Position numbers and translations under genes: made by a program. From contig JBAZRV010000003.1 of the NCBI GenBank assembly GCA_041662745.1, positions 56,034-120,033 on the forward strand: a stretch of 64,000 nt of DNA, given 5' to 3'. The notes below the pieces were generated by a model. It saw nothing but the letters and a program-made list of their open reading frames with translations. It was not told where the DNA came from and ran no database searches. The stretch's first letter is position 1. Each line of letters begins with the position of its first letter. This document shows positions 17,117-26,618 of this stretch, one piece after another. Origin of the DNA: Patescibacteria group bacterium. Lineage in GTDB: Bacteria > Patescibacteriota > Patescibacteriia > 2-01-FULL-39-33.

Positions 17117-17341
17117 TTACTCCTCATCATCCGTGTTCTCATCTTCCTCTTCCTCTTTCTTTTCATCCCCATCTACTCCCCCAACATCTTCCTCATCATC
17201 GGCATTGGAGTCGTCGATCATGTTGCTGCAGCCGCAAGAGCAGTCCGGGCCGCAAGCGCAACAATGGAAGCAGAGCGAGGTGTCGCAACTGCATTTGCTG
17301 TCGTCACTAACGGGCATACCGCATTTGACGCATGTGTCCAT
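17117..17341 (-). CDS. small Cys-rich protein with poly-acidic C-terminal tail (74 aa; 14 Cys in first 42 residues)
   Basis: MDTCVKCGMPVSDDSKCSCDTSLCFHCCACGPDCSCGCSNM then D/E-rich tail; GAA/GAG/GAT codon usage coherent on minus strand; bidirectional terminator immediately downstream; no obvious SD. Confidence 0.5.
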   Translation of the reverse strand: MDTCVKCGMPVSDDSKCSCDTSLCFHCCACGPDCSCGCSNMIDDSNADDEEDVGGVDGDEKKEEEEDENTDDEE

Positions 17342-17463
17342 ACATTTAAAATGGTTATTTTTATTAGGGTTTTTTTACCCCTTTTAAATTATATCAAAGA
17401 TAATAAGAAAAATAAATATGGCTGTCAACCCCATTAAAAGTATTTTTGGTTTGAGCTTAGATT

Positions 17464-18693
17464 TTATGGCAGATAGTTAAGGGGGTCAACAGGAATGCCA
17501 TTGGCCCTAACCTCAAAATGAAGATGCGGCCCGGAAGAAAAGCCGGTACTGCCTGATAGGCCGATCAATTGTCCTTTGGTGACATATTCATCACTGTCTA
17601 CGTTAATGGAACTTAGATGGGCGTAAAGGGTGGAAATATTGTTGCCATGAATAATCATGATGTAATTGCCGTACCATTTGGTATTCCGACCGATTGTCGC
17701 TACATAGCCGGTGTCGGCGGCCTTGACTGGCGTGCCGGTTTTGATGCCGATATCGATGCCGGAATGTTCAAAGAGATAGCGGTAAGGGTATTCAGGATCA
17801 TGGAAAACGCAAGTTAGCCTTTGGCTGGCCGTCGGCCAATTTAGCGCCGCCGCCCCCAATTGGTTAAAGCGCTCCTTTTCTCCCTTTTTAGCTAATTGAT
17901 CGCGAAGCTTTTTTTCCAGGGTGGCAACCTGAGCGTTGGCCGCGGCTTGCTCCTTTTTTAAATCAGTAATCAGCGTCTGGAATTTTTTTTCTGATTTTTT
18001 GGTTTCCGTAACCAGGTAGTTTTTTTCCTGCTTTTTGTTGTTCAATATGGATTTTTCGTCTTCCAGTTTATTTAGGATGTCGGCTAACCGTTGTTTATTT
18101 TTATCCAATTCTTTTTTTTGATCGATTAGTTTATCGCTTAGCTCTTGCAAGCGATTAAGCGTTTTTTGCAAGTCGCTTCTGATATCCTCGGAATATTTTA
18201 TTTGATCAAAAAATTCAGAGAATGAATTATTGCCTAAAAGTATGGAAATGTAGTCTTTATCATCATACCGGGCTATTAGGCGCAAGACATTGCCTAATTT
18301 ATCCTTTTCATTTTCCATCAAACCCTCATTTTTTTTGATATTGATGTTGGTACGCTCAATTTCCAGCTGGACTTCCTTGGCCTCCTCTTCTTTAATTTGG
18401 ATATCTAAATCTGTTTTGCCGATTTGGTTGCTTAATATGTTTAATTGGTTTTGCAAGCTGACCTGTTCTAAGCGATTGTTTTTTACGTTAGTTTGATATT
18501 CGGTTATTTGTTGAGTCAGTTGGTCTATTTTGGCTTTTTGCGCTTCTATTTGTTTGTTAAGCTCAGCAGTCGCCGCCTGATCATCGGTACTCCCCTGCTC
18601 TGTTGCCGCCTGGACAACTTGAAGAATGCCAAAAACAGCCAAAATAGCCAGGCCTGCGGTTAAGATTATTTTTTTGGTTAGATTATTCGGCAT
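17464..18693 (-). CDS. M23 family metallopeptidase with long N-terminal coiled coil (EnvC/murein-hydrolase-activator-like architecture)
   Basis: signal/TM, ~250 aa Q/K/E-rich coiled coil, C-terminal LytM motif GSTGFSSGPHLHFEV. Confidence 0.85.
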   Translation of the reverse strand: MPNNLTKKIILTAGLAILAVFGILQVVQAATEQGSTDDQAATAELNKQIEAQKAKIDQLTQQITEYQTNVKNNRLEQVSLQNQLNILSNQIGKTDLDIQIKEEEAKEVQLEIERTNINIKKNEGLMENEKDKLGNVLRLIARYDDKDYISILLGNNSFSEFFDQIKYSEDIRSDLQKTLNRLQELSDKLIDQKKELDKNKQRLADILNKLEDEKSILNNKKQEKNYLVTETKKSEKKFQTLITDLKKEQAAANAQVATLEKKLRDQLAKKGEKERFNQLGAAALNWPTASQRLTCVFHDPEYPYRYLFEHSGIDIGIKTGTPVKAADTGYVATIGRNTKWYGNYIMIIHGNNISTLYAHLSSINVDSDEYVTKGQLIGLSGSTGFSSGPHLHFEVRANGIPVDPLNYLP

Positions 18694-18853
18694 TTTCTTT
18701 ATTATATTATAGCAGTCTAGTCAATATTTGACAAAGACCGGCATAAGTATTAAGATGGGCAAATCATGGCACTTTATAAATAAACTGTAAAATAAGTTAA
18801 GATTTGTTGTTGTGAACGGGCAATATAATCAATCAAGTGGAGGACCAAAGACC

Positions 18854-19081
18854 ATGGCGATTTTAGAAGCGGATGGACAAATCATTTGTGATGGCATGAG
18901 AGAGGGCAGGAAGTGCCGGCGACAATTTAATATTATTAGGCCGTCGGCTGCGGCGATTGTCAGAAGTTCATTGGATTATTGGCGTAACGTATTGCAGCAA
19001 GCGCTGGATTGCAATTGGACTTATAACAGGGTGTCAAGGAAAATTTTTTGTCCTAAATGTTCTCAAATCAGACAGCCCTGA
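18854..19081 (+). CDS. hypothetical small Cys-containing protein (75 aa; CDG...KC ... CPKC)
   Basis: ATG with GGAGG 10 nt upstream; possible zinc-ribbon-like Cys pairs. Confidence 0.4.
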   Translation: MAILEADGQIICDGMREGRKCRRQFNIIRPSAAAIVRSSLDYWRNVLQQALDCNWTYNRVSRKIFCPKCSQIRQP

Positions 19082-19108
19082 TTAAAAGACTAAAAGGAGG
19101 CGCCGATA

Positions 19109-19318
19109 ATGGTAATATTTGCCGTTTTATGCTTGTTAGCTTTGACGATTTTCTTCTTTCTTTATGCTTTCGCGGCTTCTTATAATGACGGATTTGAAGA
19201 GGGCGCAGTCTATGCCTTGTTGTTTATCGGCGTATGCTTAACGGTTTGTGATGTTGTACTTTTGGTATTTATAATTATATATTTCGTAACTCTCACGCCG
19301 CCCATTCCAGTGTTATAA
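19109..19318 (+). CDS. hypothetical small membrane protein (69 aa)
   Basis: RBS AAAGGAGG; two TM helices. Confidence 0.45.
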   Translation: MVIFAVLCLLALTIFFFLYAFAASYNDGFEEGAVYALLFIGVCLTVCDVVLLVFIIIYFVTLTPPIPVL

Positions 19319-19374
19319 TTTCCGATCTAACACAGCCGCAACCATTACAATCATTGTTCAATAGGACATTCACA

Positions 19375-19406
19375 AATACAGCGCCCTGCTGAGGCGCTGT
19401 ATTTTT
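19375..19406. terminator. bidirectional terminator atacagcgcc-tgctgag-ggcgctgtat + T-run
   Basis: between 19109..19318 (+) and gltX (-). Confidence 0.7.
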
Positions 19407-19415
19407 TATTGTTTT

Positions 19416-20903
19416 TTAAGATAATTTTTTAATCGCTTCATTGATTCTCTTTAGGGTTTTTTCTTTGCCTAAAATTTCAGCGATTTCAAATGGCGTCGGA
19501 GATTTTTCCTGGCCGGTCAGGGCGGCTCTTAGTGGCCAAAGAACCTCGCCGTTAGTCAACCCAGATTTTTTAATCCAAGCCAATAATGATTTTTCCAAGT
19601 TGTTTTTAGACCAATCAGTCAGTCGTTCTAATTCTTCGGCCGTTAAGGACAGGTTCTTTAGAGTCGTTTGTTGGTCGGATTTTTTCCAAATCAGCAGTTC
19701 GGGGCGGTATTCCAACTTATCCGTAAATAGGAATTTAATCCCCTCTCCCGCCTCAGAAAGTTTGCTTATGCGCTCCTGCTCAATCGCTAATATTTTTTCG
19801 ATTTCGAGGCCTTCGGGCAATGCCCCAATATTCTTTTCTAAGTATGGTCGAGCTAATTGAACAAATTTTGTGTTCGGAAGTTTTTTAATGTATTCGCCGT
19901 TAAGCCAGTCCAATTTTTGCTGGTCAAAGATCGCCCCGGCTTTATGCACCTTAGCCAGGGAGAATTGTTTGATTAACTCGTCTAAGCTGAATATCTCTTG
20001 CTCGGTTCCCGGATTCCACCCCAGCAGCGCTACATAATTTATTAGCGCTTCCGGCAAGTAGCCGGCTTTCATGTAGTCTTCTACGGCCACGTCGCCCTGC
20101 CGTTTGGACAGTTTGGATCTGTCTTTGTTTAGGATTAGCGGCAGATGAGCATAAGCGGGCGCCGTCCAGCCGAAGCATTCAAATAGGATAATATGTTTGG
20201 GCGTGGATGGTAGCCATTCTTCGGCGCGAATAATATGAGTTGATTCCATTAAATGATCATCAACCACGTGCGCCAAATGGTAAGTGGGAAAGCCGTCAGC
20301 CTTAAGCAAGACTTGGTCGTCTAATTCCTTAGTGTTGATTTTGACCTTGCCCCTGACCAAATCATTGAATTCCACTTCTTTATCTTCCGGCATTTTCATC
20401 CTAATAACGTGCTTTTCGCCTTGGGCCAAGCGGTCTTTAATTTCTGTCGCGGACAATTTTTTACATTGGCCGTCGTAACGGGTGGGGCGTTTGAGTTCCT
20501 CTTGCTCCCGTCTCAATTTCTCCAGCCTTTCGGGGGTGCAAAAGCAGTGGTAGGCGTAACCTTGGTCAACCAGCTCCCGGGCGTATTTCTGGTATAAATC
20601 AAGGCGTTTGGATTGCGTGTAGGGGCCAAATTTGCCCTTTTCAGCGGGTTTTCCTGCAGAATCCAGTAAAACACCTTCATCCGGCTCAATACCCGCCCAT
20701 TTTAATACTTTTAACAGGTTTTCTACCGCTCCCGAAACTTCCCGGCTTTGGTCGGTGTCTTCAATGCGCAGAAAAAAAGTCCCGCCGTTTTGTTTGGCGA
20801 ATAAGTATTCATACAGGGCGCTGCGCAAACTGCCCAAGTGCACATAGCCGGTCGGGCTGGGCGCGAAACGCGTGCGGATTTTTGACTTGAATAAATTGAA
20901 CAT
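19416..20903 (-). CDS. gltX: glutamate--tRNA ligase
   Basis: HIGH-type motif PSPTGYVHLGSLRSALY, KMSKS-type KLSKR. Confidence 0.92.
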   Translation of the reverse strand: MFNLFKSKIRTRFAPSPTGYVHLGSLRSALYEYLFAKQNGGTFFLRIEDTDQSREVSGAVENLLKVLKWAGIEPDEGVLLDSAGKPAEKGKFGPYTQSKRLDLYQKYARELVDQGYAYHCFCTPERLEKLRREQEELKRPTRYDGQCKKLSATEIKDRLAQGEKHVIRMKMPEDKEVEFNDLVRGKVKINTKELDDQVLLKADGFPTYHLAHVVDDHLMESTHIIRAEEWLPSTPKHIILFECFGWTAPAYAHLPLILNKDRSKLSKRQGDVAVEDYMKAGYLPEALINYVALLGWNPGTEQEIFSLDELIKQFSLAKVHKAGAIFDQQKLDWLNGEYIKKLPNTKFVQLARPYLEKNIGALPEGLEIEKILAIEQERISKLSEAGEGIKFLFTDKLEYRPELLIWKKSDQQTTLKNLSLTAEELERLTDWSKNNLEKSLLAWIKKSGLTNGEVLWPLRAALTGQEKSPTPFEIAEILGKEKTLKRINEAIKKLS

Positions 20904-20932
20904 ATTAAATTATTATGAAACAATATCTTTAA

Positions 20933-21661
20933 TTATTTTTTTATTTTTTCTTTCAGCGCCAGCCAGCCGAATACGGCTGTCGCTTGCCAGATTCTCTTCC
21001 GTCTCTTGGGTTCTTTGATTAGGCGGAAAAGCCATTCAAAGCCGATGGCTCTAAGCCATTCGGGCGCGCGTTTGATTTTGTCAGCCAGATAATCAAGGGT
21101 TCCGCCAACGCCTATCGCCACTTTGACGCCGGGCATTCCGGCTAGGTTTTCGGCGATCCATTGTTCTTGCTTGACCTGGCCAAAAGCGACTAATAAAATA
21201 TTAGCGCCGGAAGCGTTAATCCTCTCAATTATCGCTTCGTTGTTTTCTAATCGTTTGCCGTCAGAATTTATCTTACCGCCGTCTTCCGCGCCGACAATTC
21301 CGGTGAACACAAATTTTGTTCGCACTGCTTCAGCTATGCCGGGCGCCCCGCCCAACAGATAAATCTTAGCCATTGGCAAGGCGCCTTCTAATAATTTTCG
21401 GCTTAAGTCCGCTCCGGTAACTCGTAACAGTCTGCGGCCATAAAGCAAACGCGCCGCTAAAACCAGACCGAAACCGTCGCAAGTGTTAAGGGCGGTCCGG
21501 TTGAGCAAGTTCTTAAAAGCTTGATTTTTTTGCGCAGCCACGGCAAATTCCGGATTGATCGTAGCAATCTGATATTGTCCTTCAGTGGCCAGCCATTCCC
21601 TTATTTGCGTTAAAACTCGGCTCTGATCAAGTTCATTTATTTTTATTCCTAAGATCTGCAT
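20933..21661 (-). CDS. WecB/TagA/CpsF family glycosyltransferase
   Basis: family-typical size (242 aa) and motifs ...ATINPEF..., ...ALNTCDGFGLV... Confidence 0.75.
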   Translation of the reverse strand: MQILGIKINELDQSRVLTQIREWLATEGQYQIATINPEFAVAAQKNQAFKNLLNRTALNTCDGFGLVLAARLLYGRRLLRVTGADLSRKLLEGALPMAKIYLLGGAPGIAEAVRTKFVFTGIVGAEDGGKINSDGKRLENNEAIIERINASGANILLVAFGQVKQEQWIAENLAGMPGVKVAIGVGGTLDYLADKIKRAPEWLRAIGFEWLFRLIKEPKRRKRIWQATAVFGWLALKEKIKK

Positions 21662-21665
21662 TTAT

Positions 21666-22412
21666 TTATTGCCGGTTTAAGTAATCAACGGTCATTTTTA
21701 TCACGCTGGAGCCGTCGGTGGAAAAGCTGTCGGTTAAGGACATGGCGCCGTCAATGCCGTTTTTGAAAAAGCTCAAGTCTATTTCCGTTGATTGGATTAA
21801 TTCTTCAACCGTAAAACCCTTTGTCTCTAATTGTTTTTTATAATACTCGTATAAATCTTCTTTGGTTTTGTTGATATTGTTCCAAGACAGGGAGACGGTT
21901 TTGATTTCTTTCCTTCCATCGCCGGCAGTTGTTTTAATGTCTTTGACCGTAGGATTCTCCGAGATGTTTTCCGGTGTTTTGTTTTGGGCGATTATTTGGG
22001 TTTTTAGGTCGGGGTATAAGCGGTCGGCGATTATTTGTACGGCCCAGTCAGGCAAGGCCGCTGACAATTGCTCAATCTTTTTTTTGCTTTCCGGCGATAA
22101 AACCTTGATGCTGGCTTGGTTGAGTTGGTAAATGATTAAATCTTTGGGGAAGTCTTCGGGCAGTTCCTCCACGGTTTTAATAATCGGGCCGGAAATATAA
22201 ACGGTTAAAAAAATAGCGCAAGCCAAGACGGCTACGATCATTAAAAAGAAACAGCTGAAAAATTTCAAACAGGAATGATGTCCGGGTGGCCGGTGGCGGC
22301 TGTAATGCCGCGGTTCTTCCGGCTCCACCTCTATTCCCCTGTTTTCCGCTTCGGCTAAAACGTCTTTGGCCGCTTCAATCTCATCCAACGTGATGTTTTT
22401 GTCGCTTTCCAT
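21666..22412 (-). CDS. hypothetical membrane-anchored protein (248 aa)
   Basis: N-terminal cytoplasmic segment, one TM, extracytoplasmic domain. Confidence 0.5.
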   Translation of the reverse strand: MESDKNITLDEIEAAKDVLAEAENRGIEVEPEEPRHYSRHRPPGHHSCLKFFSCFFLMIVAVLACAIFLTVYISGPIIKTVEELPEDFPKDLIIYQLNQASIKVLSPESKKKIEQLSAALPDWAVQIIADRLYPDLKTQIIAQNKTPENISENPTVKDIKTTAGDGRKEIKTVSLSWNNINKTKEDLYEYYKKQLETKGFTVEELIQSTEIDLSFFKNGIDGAMSLTDSFSTDGSSVIKMTVDYLNRQ

Positions 22413-22521
22413 GTGTATAGGATAACAAAAATGGCTGATTTTTGCAATTAAGTTTTATTTGTTGTGCGGCTTATCGGTTTGTGGTATAATATTTATGAAA
22501 GATAAATAACCATCATTAACA

Positions 22522-23940
22522 ATGAAGTTGAAAAAACTCTTTATTTTTGCATTCTGTTTTGTCTTTACCGCTTTAATCGCCGTTAACGCTCGGGCGGCGG
22601 ATTTTACCGCCGATTATTTGATTTCCGACGTTGAAATGAATGACTATAGCGCTATGGATTTAAGCGACATTCAGCGTTTTTTGGAAAAACGCGACGGCAC
22701 TTTGGAGACTTATATTACCTTTGACAAGGAAGGCAATCCTAAGACGGCGGTTCAGACATTTTTTGAAACTTCTCGTAATTGGCAGATCAATCCTAAATAT
22801 CTGTTGGTTTTGGTGCAAAAAGAACAAAGCCTATTGGATGACCCCAATCCCTCGCAGAAACAATATGACTGGGCGACCGGTTACGGGGTTTGCGATAGTT
22901 GCTCTATGGACGATCCTAATATTCAGCGTTTCAGGGGGTTCTATCGCCAAGTCAATTCCGCTGCCGCTCAGACGCGATATTACATGGACAACATTAAGGA
23001 ATTTTCTTTTCAGCCGGGCAAAACCTATAACATTGACGGCCAGACCGTTACGATGAAAAACACAGCCACTGCCGGCTTGTTCAACTATACCCCGCATATC
23101 CATGGAAATCAGCTGTTCTGGAATTTATGGAATAAATATTTTGGCAAATCTTGGCCGGACGGCAGTTTGTTGCAAGTTGAAGATGGCGGTCAGATATACT
23201 ACATTGAAAACGGAGTTAAGCGTTTAATCGCCTCTAAGGCCGTGTTCGCTTCGCGTTTCAATAATAATAGCATCCTGACGGTTAGTCAAAGCGATTTAGA
23301 TACTTATGATGATGGCGCGCCGATTAAATATTTGAATTTTTCCATTTTGCAGAGCACGACTACCGGCGAGATGTATATGATCATTAATGATGTTAAACGT
23401 CGCATTGTCAGTGACGCTGTTTTTAAGAAATTAGGCTTTAGCGATGATGATTTGGCAAAGGTTATTGATTCTGAGTTACAATTATATAAGGCTGGCCCGG
23501 ATATTACCGAATATACTGTTTATCCGACCGGTATTTTGTTGCAGGACAGTAAAGCCAAAATCGCCGACGCCGGCATATATTATGTCATCAGCGGTGAAAA
23601 AAAACCCGTATTAACCAAAGAAATAATGGCGGCTAATTTCCCCGGCATGACCGTCAAGAAAGTTCCTAGCGTAGAATTGGACAAGTATATGCCCGGCTCT
23701 AATGTAACTTTGCCCGACGGTTTATTGGTCAAGATAAATCCTAAAGCTCTAAAAGTCAAAACCAAGGAAGCGCTCGCCGCCGCCAGTACGGTCTATGTTA
23801 TTTCTCATGGCAAGCGTTTGCCTATCATTTCTGGCGCAGTATTCAAACAAATGGGGTATAGCAGCAAGAACATCAAGATCATTTCCGAAGCCACTCTTAA
23901 TGCCCATGATTTAGGCCCCTTCATTACCGGGCAACAGTAA
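22522..23940 (+). CDS. hypothetical secreted protein (472 aa, signal peptide)
   Basis: MKLKKLFIFAFCFVFTALIAVNARA signal peptide. Confidence 0.55.
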   Translation: MKLKKLFIFAFCFVFTALIAVNARAADFTADYLISDVEMNDYSAMDLSDIQRFLEKRDGTLETYITFDKEGNPKTAVQTFFETSRNWQINPKYLLVLVQKEQSLLDDPNPSQKQYDWATGYGVCDSCSMDDPNIQRFRGFYRQVNSAAAQTRYYMDNIKEFSFQPGKTYNIDGQTVTMKNTATAGLFNYTPHIHGNQLFWNLWNKYFGKSWPDGSLLQVEDGGQIYYIENGVKRLIASKAVFASRFNNNSILTVSQSDLDTYDDGAPIKYLNFSILQSTTTGEMYMIINDVKRRIVSDAVFKKLGFSDDDLAKVIDSELQLYKAGPDITEYTVYPTGILLQDSKAKIADAGIYYVISGEKKPVLTKEIMAANFPGMTVKKVPSVELDKYMPGSNVTLPDGLLVKINPKALKVKTKEALAAASTVYVISHGKRLPIISGAVFKQMGYSSKNIKIISEATLNAHDLGPFITGQQ

Positions 23941-23950
23941 TCATAAATAT

Positions 23951-24742
23951 ATGTCACTCGTATTTGCAGCCATTACGCCACATCCGCCGATTTTAATACC
24001 GGCTATCGGCAAGGACAATATCAAACAAATTGAGAAAACAAAATCGGCCATGGAAAAGCTGGAAGAAGAGCTGTATTCGGCTAAACCTGATATTGTCATG
24101 ATTATTTCGCCTCACGGCGAGATGAGCGCCGATTCTTTTACGGTAAACTTAAGCAACGATTATGAAGTTAATTTTGAGTCATTCGGAGATTTTACCACTA
24201 AATTGCAATTCAAGGGTGAGACCGTTTTAATGACTATGGGCAAAGAAAAGATTGCCGCTAAATCGCCTTTGAATATTATTTCTGAATCAGCGCTTGATCA
24301 TGGAGCGGGCGTTCCCTTATTTTATCTGATGCGGCATCTGCCGCAGGTGCCGATTATTCCCTTATCGTTTTCTATGCTGGATAATCAGGCGCATGTGGAG
24401 TTCGGCAAGGGTCTGAAAGAGCTTATCTTAAATACCGATAAACGCGTGGCTGTTATTGCTTCTGGCGATTTATCTCATTGTTTGACTAAAAACGCTCCCG
24501 TGCCCTATAACCCGGCCGGTAATGATTTTGATCAGACGCTAATTGAGTTGGTTAAGAAATGCGATACGCAAGGCATCACTAACATTGATCATAAGTTAGT
24601 CAGTGATGCGGCGGAATGCGGTCTGCGTTCTATCTTGATATTATCCGGCATTATCAGCGATATGAAGTGTCAGCCGGAGGTTTTGAGTTATGAGGGTCCG
24701 TTCGGCGTGGGCTATCTGGTAGCCGAAGTAAAATTTGATTAG
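23951..24742 (+). CDS. LigB-family / class III extradiol dioxygenase subunit B-like protein
   Basis: N-terminal ITPHPPILIP motif, conserved His residues (SPHGEM, DLSHCL) typical of the family. Confidence 0.5.
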   Translation: MSLVFAAITPHPPILIPAIGKDNIKQIEKTKSAMEKLEEELYSAKPDIVMIISPHGEMSADSFTVNLSNDYEVNFESFGDFTTKLQFKGETVLMTMGKEKIAAKSPLNIISESALDHGAGVPLFYLMRHLPQVPIIPLSFSMLDNQAHVEFGKGLKELILNTDKRVAVIASGDLSHCLTKNAPVPYNPAGNDFDQTLIELVKKCDTQGITNIDHKLVSDAAECGLRSILILSGIISDMKCQPEVLSYEGPFGVGYLVAEVKFD

Positions 24743-24757
24743 GATTATTATAAAATT

Positions 24758-24788
24758 ACCTCGGCCGCATAGCCGAGGTGATTTTTTT
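24758..24788. terminator. bidirectional terminator acctcggc-cgcata-gccgaggt + T8
   Basis: between convergent genes. Confidence 0.7.
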
Positions 24789-25062
24789 ATTTTTTTATAC
24801 TGTTGGGATTATCTATCAGTTTGAAAAAATACCGCCATTTTGCTCCGCTGTGGCATAATTCCTTGGTTTCATTGAGCGCTCGTTCCACCAATTCTTTGGG
24901 GTTATCGCGGCAAACCTTAAAAACCGAACTTTTTTTGAAAGCCGGTACGCCTAATTCTTGAATGATTTGTAAAGCCAAGTCTTGCCACTGATAAGCAGGA
25001 GCTTTTCTAAATTGTCTTTTCTGCAACAGCAAACCGATTTTTTGGGGCTGAGTCTTGAACAT
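24787..25062 (-). CDS. hypothetical protein (91 aa)
   Basis: ORF only. Confidence 0.35.
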   Translation of the reverse strand: MFKTQPQKIGLLLQKRQFRKAPAYQWQDLALQIIQELGVPAFKKSSVFKVCRDNPKELVERALNETKELCHSGAKWRYFFKLIDNPNSIKK

Positions 25063-25147
25063 AATGTTATTTTATCAGGGATAGTTGAGTTAGTAAAGTT
25101 TGATTTTTTTCTTGAAATATGTTATAATTTTTTTATAACTTAAAATA

Positions 25148-25609
25148 ATGTTAAAAATACTGACTATACCGCATCCGCTATTAAGGAAAAAAGCCCTGGC
25201 GATTAAGAATCCTTTAGATAAAGAAATACAGAAGCTTATTCCGCAGATGGTGGAGACGATGCTGGAAAAAGACGGAGTGGGCTTGGCTGCGCCCCAGACA
25301 GGCCAAGGCATCAGATTGATAACCGTTCGCCATAAGGACGGTAATTTAGTCATGCTTAATCCCCAGATTGTTAAAAAGTCGTTGATTAAAGAATGGGATG
25401 AAGAGGGTTGTTTGTCGGTGCCTAATATTTACGGCGATGTCAGGCGTTGCAAGAAGATCACAGTTAAGTTTATTGACAGCACCGGCAAGCCCAGGAAGTT
25501 GACCGGCGAAGGATTATTGGCTCGCGTCGTTCAGCACGAAGTTGATCATTTAGACGGCGTATTATTTATTGATAAGGCTAAAAATTTAAGAAAATTGGAA
25601 ACAGCTTAA
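25148..25609 (+). CDS. def: peptide deformylase
   Basis: motifs GVGLAAPQ, EGCLSVP, QHEVDHLDG. Confidence 0.92.
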   Translation: MLKILTIPHPLLRKKALAIKNPLDKEIQKLIPQMVETMLEKDGVGLAAPQTGQGIRLITVRHKDGNLVMLNPQIVKKSLIKEWDEEGCLSVPNIYGDVRRCKKITVKFIDSTGKPRKLTGEGLLARVVQHEVDHLDGVLFIDKAKNLRKLETA

Positions 25610-25613
25610 TAAA

Positions 25614-26558
25614 ATGAAACCGCTTAAGATAATTTTTGCCGGCACGCCGGAATTCGCCGTTCCTTATTTGCGCGGCCTGTTGGCTGATGCGGATTTTGAA
25701 GTCATCGGCGTTATCACTCAGCCGGATCGGCCCAGCGGGCGCAAACAAGAGCTCACTCCCCCGCCGGTTAAGGTTTTGGCAACGGAAAATAATCTAAAGA
25801 TTTGGCAGCCGGAAAAATTAAAAGGCAACGAAGAATTATTGCAGGAGTTGAAAGCTTTGGAATTTGATTATTTGGTGGTTACCGCCTACGGTCTGATTAT
25901 CCCCGCTGAATTTTTAGCTTTGGCTAAGAATGGCAATATTAACGTTCATCCCTCGCTTTTGCCTAAATATCGCGGCGCCTCCCCGATTCAAAGCGCCATA
26001 CTTAGCGGTGAGCAAGAAACCGGAATAAGCATCATGCTAATGGATGAGAAAATGGATCACGGGCCGATTTTGGCGCAAAAGAAAGTCGCTTTGACCGGCG
26101 AGGAAACCAATGAATCCTTGCATTTTCAACTGGCTGAATTCGGCGTGCCTTTATTGGTTAAGACGATTAAGGGTTTTTTTGCCGGAGAAATAAAGCCGCA
26201 AGAACAAGACCACGGGTCGGCGACATTTTGCACTACAATTGATAAGGAGCAGGCGCGGATTGATTGGATTAGACCGGCTGAAGAAATAAAAAGAAAAATC
26301 CATGCTTTTTATTCTTGGCCGATAGCTTGGACTACTTTAGACGGTTTACGGCTCAAAATTTTACCGCCGGCGGAAGCGGTTGATTCGGATGATGCGTCTG
26401 AACCGGGGAAAATAATCATCACCCCGGACGCTGTAACAGTTAAGTGCGGCGAAGGAGGCATAAAGTTGAACCAGTTGCAATTAGAAGGGAAAAAAACTAT
26501 ATCAGCGTCGGATTTTGTCCGAGGCTATAAGGATTTGGCTGGTAGGGTGTTGAAATAA
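25614..26558 (+). CDS. fmt: methionyl-tRNA formyltransferase
   Basis: formyl transferase N-domain (HPSLLPKYRGASPIQ) and C-terminal domain; follows def. Confidence 0.9.
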   Translation: MKPLKIIFAGTPEFAVPYLRGLLADADFEVIGVITQPDRPSGRKQELTPPPVKVLATENNLKIWQPEKLKGNEELLQELKALEFDYLVVTAYGLIIPAEFLALAKNGNINVHPSLLPKYRGASPIQSAILSGEQETGISIMLMDEKMDHGPILAQKKVALTGEETNESLHFQLAEFGVPLLVKTIKGFFAGEIKPQEQDHGSATFCTTIDKEQARIDWIRPAEEIKRKIHAFYSWPIAWTTLDGLRLKILPPAEAVDSDDASEPGKIIITPDAVTVKCGEGGIKLNQLQLEGKKTISASDFVRGYKDLAGRVLK

Positions 26559-26618
26559 TTTTGACGATATTAAAATAAGATGCCGCAAACCCATCTGTTT
26601 ACGGTATCTTATTTTGTT

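Noticed and set aside
17024-17437. Plus-strand ORFs 17024..17437 and 17133..17387 (Ser/Leu-rich, low complexity)
   Set aside because: Antisense shadows of the Cys/acidic-rich minus-strand gene; composition (poly-Ser/Leu from GAA/GAG complement) and lack of RBS argue against them.
25090-25353. 87-aa minus-strand ORF overlapping def start
   Set aside because: Overlaps the well-supported def gene and its promoter region; no RBS; hydrophobic junk frame.
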